This document shows, piece after piece, positions 35,488 to 43,618 of a DNA stretch of 51,599 bases. The DNA is taken from assembly GCA_030649205.1 (NCBI GenBank), contig JAUSGE010000029.1, forward strand, positions 1 to 51,599, written 5' to 3'. Position numbers and translations under genes: made by a program. This stretch comes from a bacterium. GTDB lineage: Bacteria; Patescibacteriota; Patescibacteriia; Patescibacteriales; GWC2-42-12. The notes under the pieces were generated by a model. The model was not told the origin of the DNA, made no database searches, and saw nothing but the letters and a program-made list of their open reading frames with translations. Position 1 is the first letter of the stretch. Each line of letters begins with the position of its first letter.

Positions 35488-36659
35488 GCTCGGTTTGAAA
35501 AAATTGTTTTTATCGCGCATACGAAATTGTAGCGATTTTTTTGAGTTAAGAGAAAATTAGGGTGCTTAATAATTTGATTTTTGTTCATACTTTAGATAAA
35601 ATAACGGCACAATTTACAATTAACCGTAAATCTAAATGTATGGTATATAAAAAAATGTCCAGTTTGCCAAGCGTCAAAGGTAATTAAAAAAGGAAAGCGA
35701 CGCGATGTTCAACGGTATCAGTGCGCTACTTGCGGCGCCAGTTTCCAGAGCAAAAGGCGAAAACAAAAATTTCTCAAGAAAATTCAGAATGAATATATTT
35801 TTGGCCGTCAAACCGCTAAAATTCTCGGCGGGAAATATCATCGAAGTCGAAAATGGGTTTTACAACAATTGAAAGAAGTTAATGGCGACGATAGTAATAT
35901 CATCGACATTATTCCTCGGTCAATCGTAGTCGTAGCTGATGCCACTTTTTTCTCGCGATCAGACGGCATGCTAATTTTTAGAGAACCGAATTTAAAACAA
36001 AATCTAATCTGGAAAAAAATTTATGTTGAGACCGCGGGTCAATATGAACAATTAAAACTGGAGCTGGAAAGTAAGGGGTTCGCCATTAAAGCTGTGGTTT
36101 TAGACGGCAGACCGGGCATTAGAGATTCCTTTCGCGGCATACCGGCTCAAATGTGCCAATTTCATCAAGTTGCCATTATCCGAAGATATTTGACCAGCCG
36201 TCCAAAATTAGAGGCGGCCCAAGAGCTGATGATTATCGCCAGACAATTAACTAAAAGCAATGAAAAATATTTTTCCGATTTACTAACCGCCTGGTATGAA
36301 AAATGGCAAAAATTTTTAAAAGAAAAAACTATTAATCCGTTTACCAATCAATGGTTTTACACGCATAAAAGATTGAGAGCCGCTTTCCGTAGCCTAAAAA
36401 ACAATCTGCCATATCTGTTCACTTACCAGAAATATCCTGAATTGCACCTGCCTAATACCACTAATTCATTAGACGGATATATTTCAGCTTTAAAGAACTT
36501 TTTAAATGTCCATCGGGGTCAAGGCAGGAGCAGCCGAAACAAAATAATTTGCCAAATATTGAAAAAATAAGCACCCTAATTTTCCCTTAAACCATTTTTT
36601 TTGAAAAAAAATCGCCCAAATTTCGTCTAAGCAGGAAAAACAATTTTTCAAACCGAGCC
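35488..36659 (+). mobile_element. Insertion sequence (~1.17 kb) with ~80-bp imperfect terminal inverted repeats
   Basis: The left end gctcggtttgaaaaaattgttttt...gaaaattagggtgctt (35488-35567) mirrors the right end aagcaccctaattttc...aaaaacaatttttcaaaccgagcc (36569-36659). A single transposase frame lies inside. Confidence 0.85.
35869..36570 (+). CDS. DDE-type transposase (IS1-like N-terminal zinc ribbon; family uncertain); start codon unresolved
   Basis: The track ORF starts at the TTG at 35869. The same frame is open back to 35605 and encodes a zinc ribbon, CPVCQASKVIKKGKRRDVQRYQCATCGASF (35656-35745), with no ATG/GTG/TTG upstream of it. Catalytic-core-like VVVADATFF, VVLDGRPGI and TNSLDGYISALKNFL. 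Confidence 0.65.
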   Translation: MKEVNGDDSNIIDIIPRSIVVVADATFFSRSDGMLIFREPNLKQNLIWKKIYVETAGQYEQLKLELESKGFAIKAVVLDGRPGIRDSFRGIPAQMCQFHQVAIIRRYLTSRPKLEAAQELMIIARQLTKSNEKYFSDLLTAWYEKWQKFLKEKTINPFTNQWFYTHKRLRAAFRSLKNNLPYLFTYQKYPELHLPNTTNSLDGYISALKNFLNVHRGQGRSSRNKIICQILKK

Positions 36660-37661
36660 TTAATGAGCGAACAGCGTCCTCGCGTAATTCCAAACTTCCG
36701 GCCGCCCCTGGGACAGCTCCCAATACCACCACTCCACGCCCCAGAGGTAAAACTCTTTAAAGCCGGTTTGCCGCGCGAATTCAATCATGCCCTTAAATTT
36801 GCCTAAATTCATAGTCTGATCGCGCTCGGCCTGGGGCAAAGTCTGATAAGGCGCTTTGCCCCAGGGCTCGGCCTGCAATTCAATCACCAGCCAATCCTTG
36901 GGGCTGGCAAACAAGGAGGCTAAATTCTTTTTGAAACGAAAAAATCCCGGGCCAATGGGATAATGAATATAACTTTTAAAAAAACCGGAGTAAGTGTCGC
37001 GATACATAGTAGTGCCGAAAATGTCAGCCCGTCCGGCCGCGCCCAGCCAAAACGACAGTTCGCCTGAATCCGTAACTATAATCGGCCGGGAATCAAGGCT
37101 CTTAGCCAAAGCGATTTCCTGATCTAAAAATTGCTTGTCAAACTGCGGACAATCGCCAAAATGCGATAAAAACGGTTCATTTTCAATCTGCCAAGCCATG
37201 ATCTGCCGATTGCCTTTATAGCGCTCAAGCACTTGAGCCAAATAAGACAAAGTTTCACTTTCCACCTGCGCCTTCAGCCTGCCCTTGGTCCAATCCGGAA
37301 AATGGCACTCGGGCCAGCGCGGCAGCCGTCCGCCCACGGCTAAAATAATTTTGGCCTGGCGCTCGGAAGCCTGATTAATCTGCCAATCCAAGTCCTGCCA
37401 GGAATATTTTCCTTGTTCGCTTTCAATTTCATTCCAATAGGCCAGCAAACGGATTCTTTTTACCCCCAAATCATCAAAAATAGATAAATAAATTCTTTTC
37501 CAATCAAAGCCCAAACTGACCGCCTGTTTTTTAGAAAAAGTTACGCCATAACTCAATTCTTCTCTATTATAAACCTGCCCGCGGCTGAAAGAAAAAATAA
37601 AGAATAAAAACAACACTAAAATAAACAATAATATTTTAAGCCGATGAGCTCTTTTAAACAT
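36660..37661 (-). CDS. Secreted TIM-barrel glycoside hydrolase (clan GH-A; GH5/GH42-like)
   Basis: N-terminal signal/anchor. WNEIESEQGKYSWQDLDW. WQIENEPF (acid/base NEP). ELQAEPWG (candidate nucleophile). The stop codon abuts the IS right end. Confidence 0.6.
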   Translation of the reverse strand: MFKRAHRLKILLFILVLFLFFIFSFSRGQVYNREELSYGVTFSKKQAVSLGFDWKRIYLSIFDDLGVKRIRLLAYWNEIESEQGKYSWQDLDWQINQASERQAKIILAVGGRLPRWPECHFPDWTKGRLKAQVESETLSYLAQVLERYKGNRQIMAWQIENEPFLSHFGDCPQFDKQFLDQEIALAKSLDSRPIIVTDSGELSFWLGAAGRADIFGTTMYRDTYSGFFKSYIHYPIGPGFFRFKKNLASLFASPKDWLVIELQAEPWGKAPYQTLPQAERDQTMNLGKFKGMIEFARQTGFKEFYLWGVEWWYWELSQGRPEVWNYARTLFAH

Positions 37662-37669
37662 AAAACGTT

Positions 37670-37784
37670 TGTCATTGCGAGCGACCGAAGGGAGCGCGGC
37701 AATCTCACGGACAATTAATTTTAGAAAAAGTTCGATGTTTGTGAGATTGCTTCGTCGCCCGAGTACAGGCTCCTCGCAATGACA
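37670..37784. repeat. Full-length family A palindromic element (115 nt)
   Basis: tgtcattgcgagcgaccgaagggagcgcggcaatctcac ... gtgagattgcttcgtcgcccgagtacaggctcctcgcaatgaca. Confidence 0.9.
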
Positions 37785-37790
37785 ATCTCG

Positions 37791-38222
37791 CTAGGTCGGT
37801 ATAGTCCCGGTAGTCGCCCCAATCAATTGGTTGATGACAAAATTAGCCAGGGCAAAAGACGCTAAAATAATCACTAAGCCGATAACGCCGGCGATTAAAA
37901 TCTTCTTGGCCGCGGCCACATTTTCTTCATTGCCGCCGGCCGTCATCCAGCGAAAACCGGCGTAAAGAATTAATATAACCGCGATAATTCCCAAAAATCC
38001 CAGGGCAATATTGATTATCTTCACCGCCAGCAGGCGAGGATCATTATCGTTGACCCCGCCCAGAGGCCCGTTGTTGATCTCGTTGCGCACGCCGTTCCCC
38101 CAAATTTGATCCAAATTCGTGGCCGCCAAAATCGGCGCCGGCGAAGCAACGGCCAAGGCCCAGCCCAAAACCAATAAAATCATTGGCAGGGCAATAATCG
38201 TTTTATGCCTTTTTTTTCTCAT
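37791..38222 (-). CDS. VirB2/TrbC-like T4SS-pilin family protein
   Basis: Signal peptide, then YAGFRWMTAGGNEENVAAAKKILIAGVIGLVIILASFALANFV. Confidence 0.75.
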   Translation of the reverse strand: MRKKRHKTIIALPMILLVLGWALAVASPAPILAATNLDQIWGNGVRNEINNGPLGGVNDNDPRLLAVKIINIALGFLGIIAVILILYAGFRWMTAGGNEENVAAAKKILIAGVIGLVIILASFALANFVINQLIGATTGTIPT

Positions 38223-38251
38223 AATCTTAATTTTAAATATTAATTTATTTT

Positions 38252-38647
38252 TTATTCCATGCCAGTCGTGGCCTTAAAAATCTGGCTAATCACAAAATTA
38301 GCCAGCGCGTAGGAAGCTAAAATAATCACCAAGCCGATAACGCCGGCGATTAAAATCTTCTTGGCCGCGGCCACGTTTTCTTCATTGCCGCCGGCCGTCA
38401 TCCAGCGAAAACCGGCGTAAAGAATTAAAACCACGGCTATAACGCCTAAAAAGCCTAAAGCTATGTTAATAATGTCAATAATTGTGAACCTAATATCCCG
38501 CGGCGCGCCTGATTGGTAGGCCTGGCCAACCTGGTTCAATCCTCCGGTTTGAACTTTTTCCAAAATGGTTTCCGCTCTGGCCTGAAGCGGCAACCCGGAC
38601 AATAATATCATTGCCGCTAACGCAACAGCTAAGTTATGCTTAAGCAT
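38252..38647 (-). CDS. VirB2/TrbC-like T4SS-pilin family protein
   Basis: Signal peptide, then YAGFRWMTAGGNEENVAAAKKILIAGVIGLVIILASYALANFV. A 98-nt tract is 97/98 identical to the downstream paralog. Confidence 0.75.
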   Translation of the reverse strand: MLKHNLAVALAAMILLSGLPLQARAETILEKVQTGGLNQVGQAYQSGAPRDIRFTIIDIINIALGFLGVIAVVLILYAGFRWMTAGGNEENVAAAKKILIAGVIGLVIILASYALANFVISQIFKATTGME

Positions 38648-38706
38648 ATTATTTTGCTATAATAATTATATCTACATTATATCCAAATAAGCCAAAATAA
38701 GCAAAA

Positions 38707-40122
38707 ATGAAATTATTCGCGCAAATCGCTCACAATACCATCATACAAATAATCGGTAAAATTATCTCCACCATCCTAGGGCTGGCGGCGCTGGCTATCA
38801 TGGCCAGATATTTAAAACAAACCGGCTTTGGCCAATATATAACCATTATTACTTTTCTTTCTTTTTTCGGCATCATGGCAGATTTTGGACTAACCTTGGT
38901 AACTTCACAAATGGTCAGCCAGCCTCAAGCTGATCAGGCAAAGCTGTTAAACAATCTCTTTAGCCTGCGCCTGGTTTCCGCCTGCTTGCTATTACTGTTT
39001 GCGCCGCTGGCTATTTTTTTCTTCCCTTACGAGCCAATTATCAAATATGGCGCGGCCATCGCCAGCCTGTCTTTTTTCTTTACCGCTTTAAATCAAATTT
39101 TAGTCGGCTGGTTCCAAAATAATTTAACCATGGCCATCGTGGCCGCGGCCGATGTGGCCGGTAAAATAGCCTTGCTGGCCGGCATCATTTTAACCGCGCG
39201 GTTTAATCTCGGCCTGTTAAGCATTATGGCCGCCACTTTTATCTCCGGCTTGATCAGCTTTATAATTCATTATTGGTTCGCGCGCCGCCGGATTAAAATC
39301 GGCTGGCAAATTAATTTTGAAGTTTGGCGCGCCATTATTAAAAAATCCTGGCCTTTGGGCGTAACCATTTTCTTTAATTTGATTTACCTCCGGGCCGACG
39401 CCTTGATTTTATCGCTTTTAAAAAGCCAAGGCGAAGTCGGCCTTTACGGAGCCGCTTACCGAATCATTGATGTTTTAACTGCCTTGCCTTTCATGTTTGC
39501 CGGACTAATTCTGCCAATTTTAACGCGAATTTGGGCTGAACGCGATGCCGCGCGGTTTAATTTGGTTTTGCAAAAATCACTGGACGCCATGTTTATCCTG
39601 GCCGTGCCGTTAATCATCGGCGCGCAGATTACGGCCAAGCCATTAATGAGATTAATCGCCGGAGAACATTTTATCCTGGCCGGCGATATTTTAAAAATTT
39701 TAATTTTGGCGGTCGGCTTTATTTTCATGAGCTGCCTGTTAACCCATGCCGCGATCGCCATGGATAAGCAAAAAAAACTGATACCGGCTTATATTTTTAC
39801 CGCGCTAACCGCGCTAGCCGGCTATTTAATTCTTATACCCTTATATTCCTACTACGGCGCGGCCTGGGTAACGGTCTACAGTGAAATAGCCATCTCTTTG
39901 TTTTCCCTATATGCTGTAATCAAATACGGCCGATTCAGGCTTAAAATCAATATCTTATTAAAATCTCTGGCCGCCTCCTTAATCATGGTTTTAATTGTCT
40001 ATTGGCTGATTGATAAATATAGCTTATTTTTTATTATTCCCTTGGCGGCCATTGCCTACCTTGCCTGCCTCTATGCTTTTAAAGGCATAAGCAAAAAAGA
40101 TTTGACCGGATTATTAAATTAA
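38707..40122 (+). CDS. Polysaccharide/oligosaccharide flippase (Wzx/MOP superfamily)
   Basis: 471 aa with ~12-14 TM helices and an N-terminal IIQIIGKIISTILGLAALAIMARYL typical of the polysaccharide biosynthesis protein family. It is followed 4 nt later by a glycosyltransferase gene. Confidence 0.7.
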   Translation: MKLFAQIAHNTIIQIIGKIISTILGLAALAIMARYLKQTGFGQYITIITFLSFFGIMADFGLTLVTSQMVSQPQADQAKLLNNLFSLRLVSACLLLLFAPLAIFFFPYEPIIKYGAAIASLSFFFTALNQILVGWFQNNLTMAIVAAADVAGKIALLAGIILTARFNLGLLSIMAATFISGLISFIIHYWFARRRIKIGWQINFEVWRAIIKKSWPLGVTIFFNLIYLRADALILSLLKSQGEVGLYGAAYRIIDVLTALPFMFAGLILPILTRIWAERDAARFNLVLQKSLDAMFILAVPLIIGAQITAKPLMRLIAGEHFILAGDILKILILAVGFIFMSCLLTHAAIAMDKQKKLIPAYIFTALTALAGYLILIPLYSYYGAAWVTVYSEIAISLFSLYAVIKYGRFRLKINILLKSLAASLIMVLIVYWLIDKYSLFFIIPLAAIAYLACLYAFKGISKKDLTGLLN

Positions 40123-40125
40123 TTT

Positions 40126-41262
40126 ATGCCGCATAAAATTCTAATCATTAATTCTTCGGCCGATAAAAATAATCTGCTTCAGCGCGCTTTTAAAGAACTG
40201 GCGCGCCAGGATTTCAACTTCATCCTCTGGTCAAAAACAAAAACATTTGAACAAAATAATTGGCCGACTAATAAAATCTTTCTAGGGCCAAGCTTAAAAA
40301 ATAAAGCCGGCATGCTATTATTCTCAATCATGCTGCCATTCATTCAGCTTAAGCTCTTAGCGTCTTTGATCAGGCTAAAAATTAAGCGCCAAGCCGATTT
40401 AATCATCTGCCTTAATTTAAATGAAAAAATTATAGTTACTGTTTTAGCCTACGCGCTCAAGATAAAAGTCGTTTGGCTGGAAAGTCCGGCCACAAATTAT
40501 CGGCAAATTAATAAATTTTTATTGGGGCTGTATAAGCTGAATTGCGGCTTAGCCGAAATTATTGTCTTCAATAACTACGGCCGAATACAGCTTGAAAATT
40601 TTGGCGGGAGAAAAAAAATCAGCTTAATCTATCCTGGCGCGAAGCCGAATCAATACCAGGAAAATATTTTTAATAAATTAGCCGCCGCCAAACAGGCGAA
40701 TTTCCATAGAAAATATTTTACCGTCGGCGCGATCACGGAATTAAATCAGCGGCAAAAAATTGAAACAATTTTTCAAGCCATAAAAATCTGCTCGCCGGTC
40801 ATAGCCAATATCCAGCTGATTATTATCGGCGAGGGCGAGGAAAGAAAAAATCTTTCCTGGCTGGCAAAAAAAATGCAAATTGAAAATTTAGTCTGGCTGG
40901 TTGGCGAACAGGAACAATTGAAAAAATGGCTGGACGGCCTTGATGTCTACCTGGCCGCGGGCGACGCTTTAAAGCTTGATGATTATGGCAATATTTTAGA
41001 AGCTATGGCCGCCGGACTGCCGATATTGGCGGCGCGCAACATCGGCCTGGAAGACTTGGTTATAGAAAATAAAACCGGCTCATTGCTGGAAACCGACAAC
41101 TCGGAAATGCTGGCCAGACAAATCATAAAATTGCACCAGGACAAAAAATTGCGCTTTCAGCTGGGCAGAAACGGCCGGGAACGGGTTAATCAATTTTTTA
41201 CCCTTGACAAAATGGCGGAAAGCCTGAAAAATACCTTTAACATAAATTCTACCCGGCTTTAG
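40126..41262 (+). CDS. Glycosyltransferase family 4 (GT-B fold)
   Basis: C-terminal GT1/GT4 domain with IIGEGEERKNL and an ExxxxxxE-type LEAMAAGLPILAARNIGLEDLVIENKTG. The stop codon lies inside a family D repeat. Confidence 0.75.
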   Translation: MPHKILIINSSADKNNLLQRAFKELARQDFNFILWSKTKTFEQNNWPTNKIFLGPSLKNKAGMLLFSIMLPFIQLKLLASLIRLKIKRQADLIICLNLNEKIIVTVLAYALKIKVVWLESPATNYRQINKFLLGLYKLNCGLAEIIVFNNYGRIQLENFGGRKKISLIYPGAKPNQYQENIFNKLAAAKQANFHRKYFTVGAITELNQRQKIETIFQAIKICSPVIANIQLIIIGEGEERKNLSWLAKKMQIENLVWLVGEQEQLKKWLDGLDVYLAAGDALKLDDYGNILEAMAAGLPILAARNIGLEDLVIENKTGSLLETDNSEMLARQIIKLHQDKKLRFQLGRNGRERVNQFFTLDKMAESLKNTFNINSTRL

Positions 41263-41275
41263 CCGGCGTTATTAT

Positions 41276-42217
41276 ATGATTATTAATATATCGCCAGAAA
41301 TTTCCGGCCAGCGCCTGGATAAATTTTTAACCCAGCATCTCAAAGGCTTATCCCGCAGCCAGCTGCAAAAGTTGATTAAACTTGAGGCTATAACCGTTAA
41401 TAATCTTCCGGCCACCGCGCATTATCAGCTTAAGGCCGGCGACAAAATCAATATTGCGGAAAAAAATATTTGCGGAACAGCGAACGCTGAACGTCTAAGT
41501 GAAAAAAAATTGCCGAATATAAAAATTATTGATGAAACCGACGAATTTATAGTCATCAACAAACCATCTGGTCTGGCTGTTCATGGCCGCGCCGGCTACA
41601 CTTTAGCTGACTGGCTTAAAGCCAAATACCCGGCCATTACTGAAGTCGGCGATGAACCGGAGCGGCCCGGAATCATGCACCGCCTGGACAAGGATGTCAG
41701 CGGCCTAATGGTCATTGCCAAAACCCAGGCTTCATTCAACAATTTAAAAAGTCAATTTCAAAACCGAATCGTGGGCAAAGAATATGTCGCTTTAGTCCAT
41801 GGTAAAATTTTAAAACACAGCGGCACAATTAATTTTCCCATCATCCGCGCCAGCCAGGGCTATAAAATGGCGGCTCTGCCGGCGACAGTCAAAGGCGAGG
41901 CGTCAACCCTGGGTCGGCAGGCGGAAACGCGCTTTCAAGTGATAAAAAAATTTGTTAATTACACTTTACTGAAAATAAAAATAATTACCGGCCGCACCCA
42001 CCAAATCCGGGTGCATCTGGCCGCTTACGATCATCCGCTCCTCGGCGACAACATTTACGCCACGGCTAAAACCAGGCTGAAAAATAAGAAGCTCGGCCTT
42101 AACCGCATTTTTTTAATCGCCAACCGCCTGTCTTTTACGGACTTGCAAAACAACAAGATTAGCTTTAAAATAGACTTACCGCCGGAGTTAAAAAATATTT
42201 TGAAAACAGTCAAATAA
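41276..42217 (+). CDS. rluD: RluA-family 23S rRNA pseudouridine synthase (RluD-like)
   Basis: N-terminal S4 domain (GQRLDKFLTQHL...), catalytic HRLDKDVSGLMVIAKT, and GRTHQIRVHLA. Confidence 0.85.
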   Translation: MIINISPEISGQRLDKFLTQHLKGLSRSQLQKLIKLEAITVNNLPATAHYQLKAGDKINIAEKNICGTANAERLSEKKLPNIKIIDETDEFIVINKPSGLAVHGRAGYTLADWLKAKYPAITEVGDEPERPGIMHRLDKDVSGLMVIAKTQASFNNLKSQFQNRIVGKEYVALVHGKILKHSGTINFPIIRASQGYKMAALPATVKGEASTLGRQAETRFQVIKKFVNYTLLKIKIITGRTHQIRVHLAAYDHPLLGDNIYATAKTRLKNKKLGLNRIFLIANRLSFTDLQNNKISFKIDLPPELKNILKTVK

Positions 42218-42228
42218 ATTTTTTCATT

Positions 42229-42310
42229 CTGCCCGGCTTTAGCCGGAGTTAATGTTAATTGTCATTCTCGCGCAGGCGGCCTGCCTGCCGGCAGGCAGGA
42301 AATCAAGAAA
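42229..42310. repeat. Family D unit plus a long family B-type hairpin
   Basis: ctgcccggctttagccggagttaat, then tgtcattctcgcgcaggcggcctgcctgccggcaggcaggaaatcaagaaa. Confidence 0.8.
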
Positions 42311-42319
42311 TTAATAAAT

Positions 42320-42874
42320 ATGCCAAACAATATTTTTATCATTTCCGGTCCATCCGGCGCGGGTGAAGACAGTATCATTGACGGCTTGAAAAAAATCCTG
42401 CCGACAGAACGGGTTATCACCACAACCACGCGCCAGATGCGGCCTGGAGAAAAATCAGGCCAACCGTATTATTTTATCAGCCGAGACGATTTTACTAAAC
42501 TGATTGAAGAAAAAAAACTTTTTGAATATGCCCGGGAATATAATGATAATTATTACGGTGTTACCTATGATGAAATTACCAGAGTACGGAAAGGCGGCAA
42601 AATCGGTTTATGGAAAATAGAATATCAGGGCGTGATTACGGCAAAAAAATTAATGCCTGGCATTATCGCTATTTTTATCAATGCGCCGCTGGAAATATTG
42701 GAAAAAAGGATCAGGAGAAGAGGCAATGTAACCGAAGAATTCGTGCAAGAACGACTGCGATATACCAAGAAATGGTTGAAGCATCTGAATATTTATGACT
42801 ATATTATAGAAAATAAGGAAGGCGAATTAAACCAAACTATCGCCCAGGTTGCTCAAATCATTAGAAAACGCTAA
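42320..42874 (+). CDS. gmk: Guanylate kinase-like protein with a non-canonical P-loop
   Basis: GMP-binding TTTTRQMRPGEKSGQPYYFIS...F and a C-terminal lid are present. The P-loop reads SGPSGAGEDS instead of GxxGxGK(S/T). Confidence 0.75.
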   Translation: MPNNIFIISGPSGAGEDSIIDGLKKILPTERVITTTTRQMRPGEKSGQPYYFISRDDFTKLIEEKKLFEYAREYNDNYYGVTYDEITRVRKGGKIGLWKIEYQGVITAKKLMPGIIAIFINAPLEILEKRIRRRGNVTEEFVQERLRYTKKWLKHLNIYDYIIENKEGELNQTIAQVAQIIRKR

Positions 42875-42986
42875 AATTGGCTATTGACAAACCCCGCTAA
42901 TTGTTATAATATTGTATCATTATTAAATATTTACTATATTTAAAATAGAACTCTTGATGTTCTATTTTTAATACCCGCGAAATTGT

Positions 42987-43334
42987 ATGGCCAAAGAAAC
43001 AACCGGCACCATAATTAATGCCCAAGACCTGAAACCCGGCATGACCGTCAGAATTCATCAAAAAATTAAAGAACTCAACGCCAAGGGCGAAGAAAAGGAA
43101 AGGGTGCAATACTACGAAGGCATCATCATCGCCAAAAAGCACGGCAATGAAGCCGGCGCCACTATCACGGTGAGAAAGGTTTCCGACGGCGTGGGCGTGG
43201 AAAAAATCTTTCCCATTCATCTGCCTTCAATCACAAAGATTGAAATCAAAAAGCAAGCCAAAGTAAAGCGCGCTAAACTTTACTTCCTGAAGAAAGGCTA
43301 TAAGAAAAAACTTAAAGAAGTAAAACTCGCTTAA
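42987..43334 (+). CDS. rplS: 50S ribosomal protein L19
   Basis: RVQYYEGIIIAKKHGNEAGATITVRKVSDGVGVEKIFPIHLPSITKIEI. Confidence 0.95.
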   Translation: MAKETTGTIINAQDLKPGMTVRIHQKIKELNAKGEEKERVQYYEGIIIAKKHGNEAGATITVRKVSDGVGVEKIFPIHLPSITKIEIKKQAKVKRAKLYFLKKGYKKKLKEVKLA

Positions 43335-43340
43335 CTACCG

Positions 43341-43424
43341 GCCCAGGTGGCGGAATTAGTATACGCGCATGCTTGAGGTGCATGTGGAGGCAACTCCTTG
43401 CAGGTGCAAGTCCTGTCCTGGGCA
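43341..43424 (+). tRNA. tRNA-Leu (anticodon GAG), long variable arm
   Basis: Acceptor gcccagg/cctgggc. Anticodon stem catgc/gcatg with loop ttGAGgt. T arm gcagg-tgcaagt-cctgt. Discriminator a. Confidence 0.85.
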
Positions 43425-43431
43425 CTTGCAT

Positions 43432-43506
43432 GGATAGTTAGCTCAATGGTAGAGCACTGCGCTTACATCGCAGGGGTTGCAGGTTCGAGTCCTGCACTGT
43501 CCACCA
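43432..43506 (+). tRNA. tRNA-Val (anticodon TAC) with encoded CCA
   Basis: Acceptor ggatagt/actgtcc. D arm gctc-aatggta-gagc. Anticodon stem ctgcg/cgcag with loop ctTACat. T arm gcagg-ttcgagt-cctgc, then a and cca. Confidence 0.9.
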
Positions 43507-43618
43507 AACATTTAACGAGATAAGCCGAGGAGGCCTCTCCGTTTTGGATCTTCTGCCCCGAGGTTGGCACCGCCCCGTTTGGGCACCGAGGAGCAGCTTC
43601 GATCCCTCAAGCGCCCAC

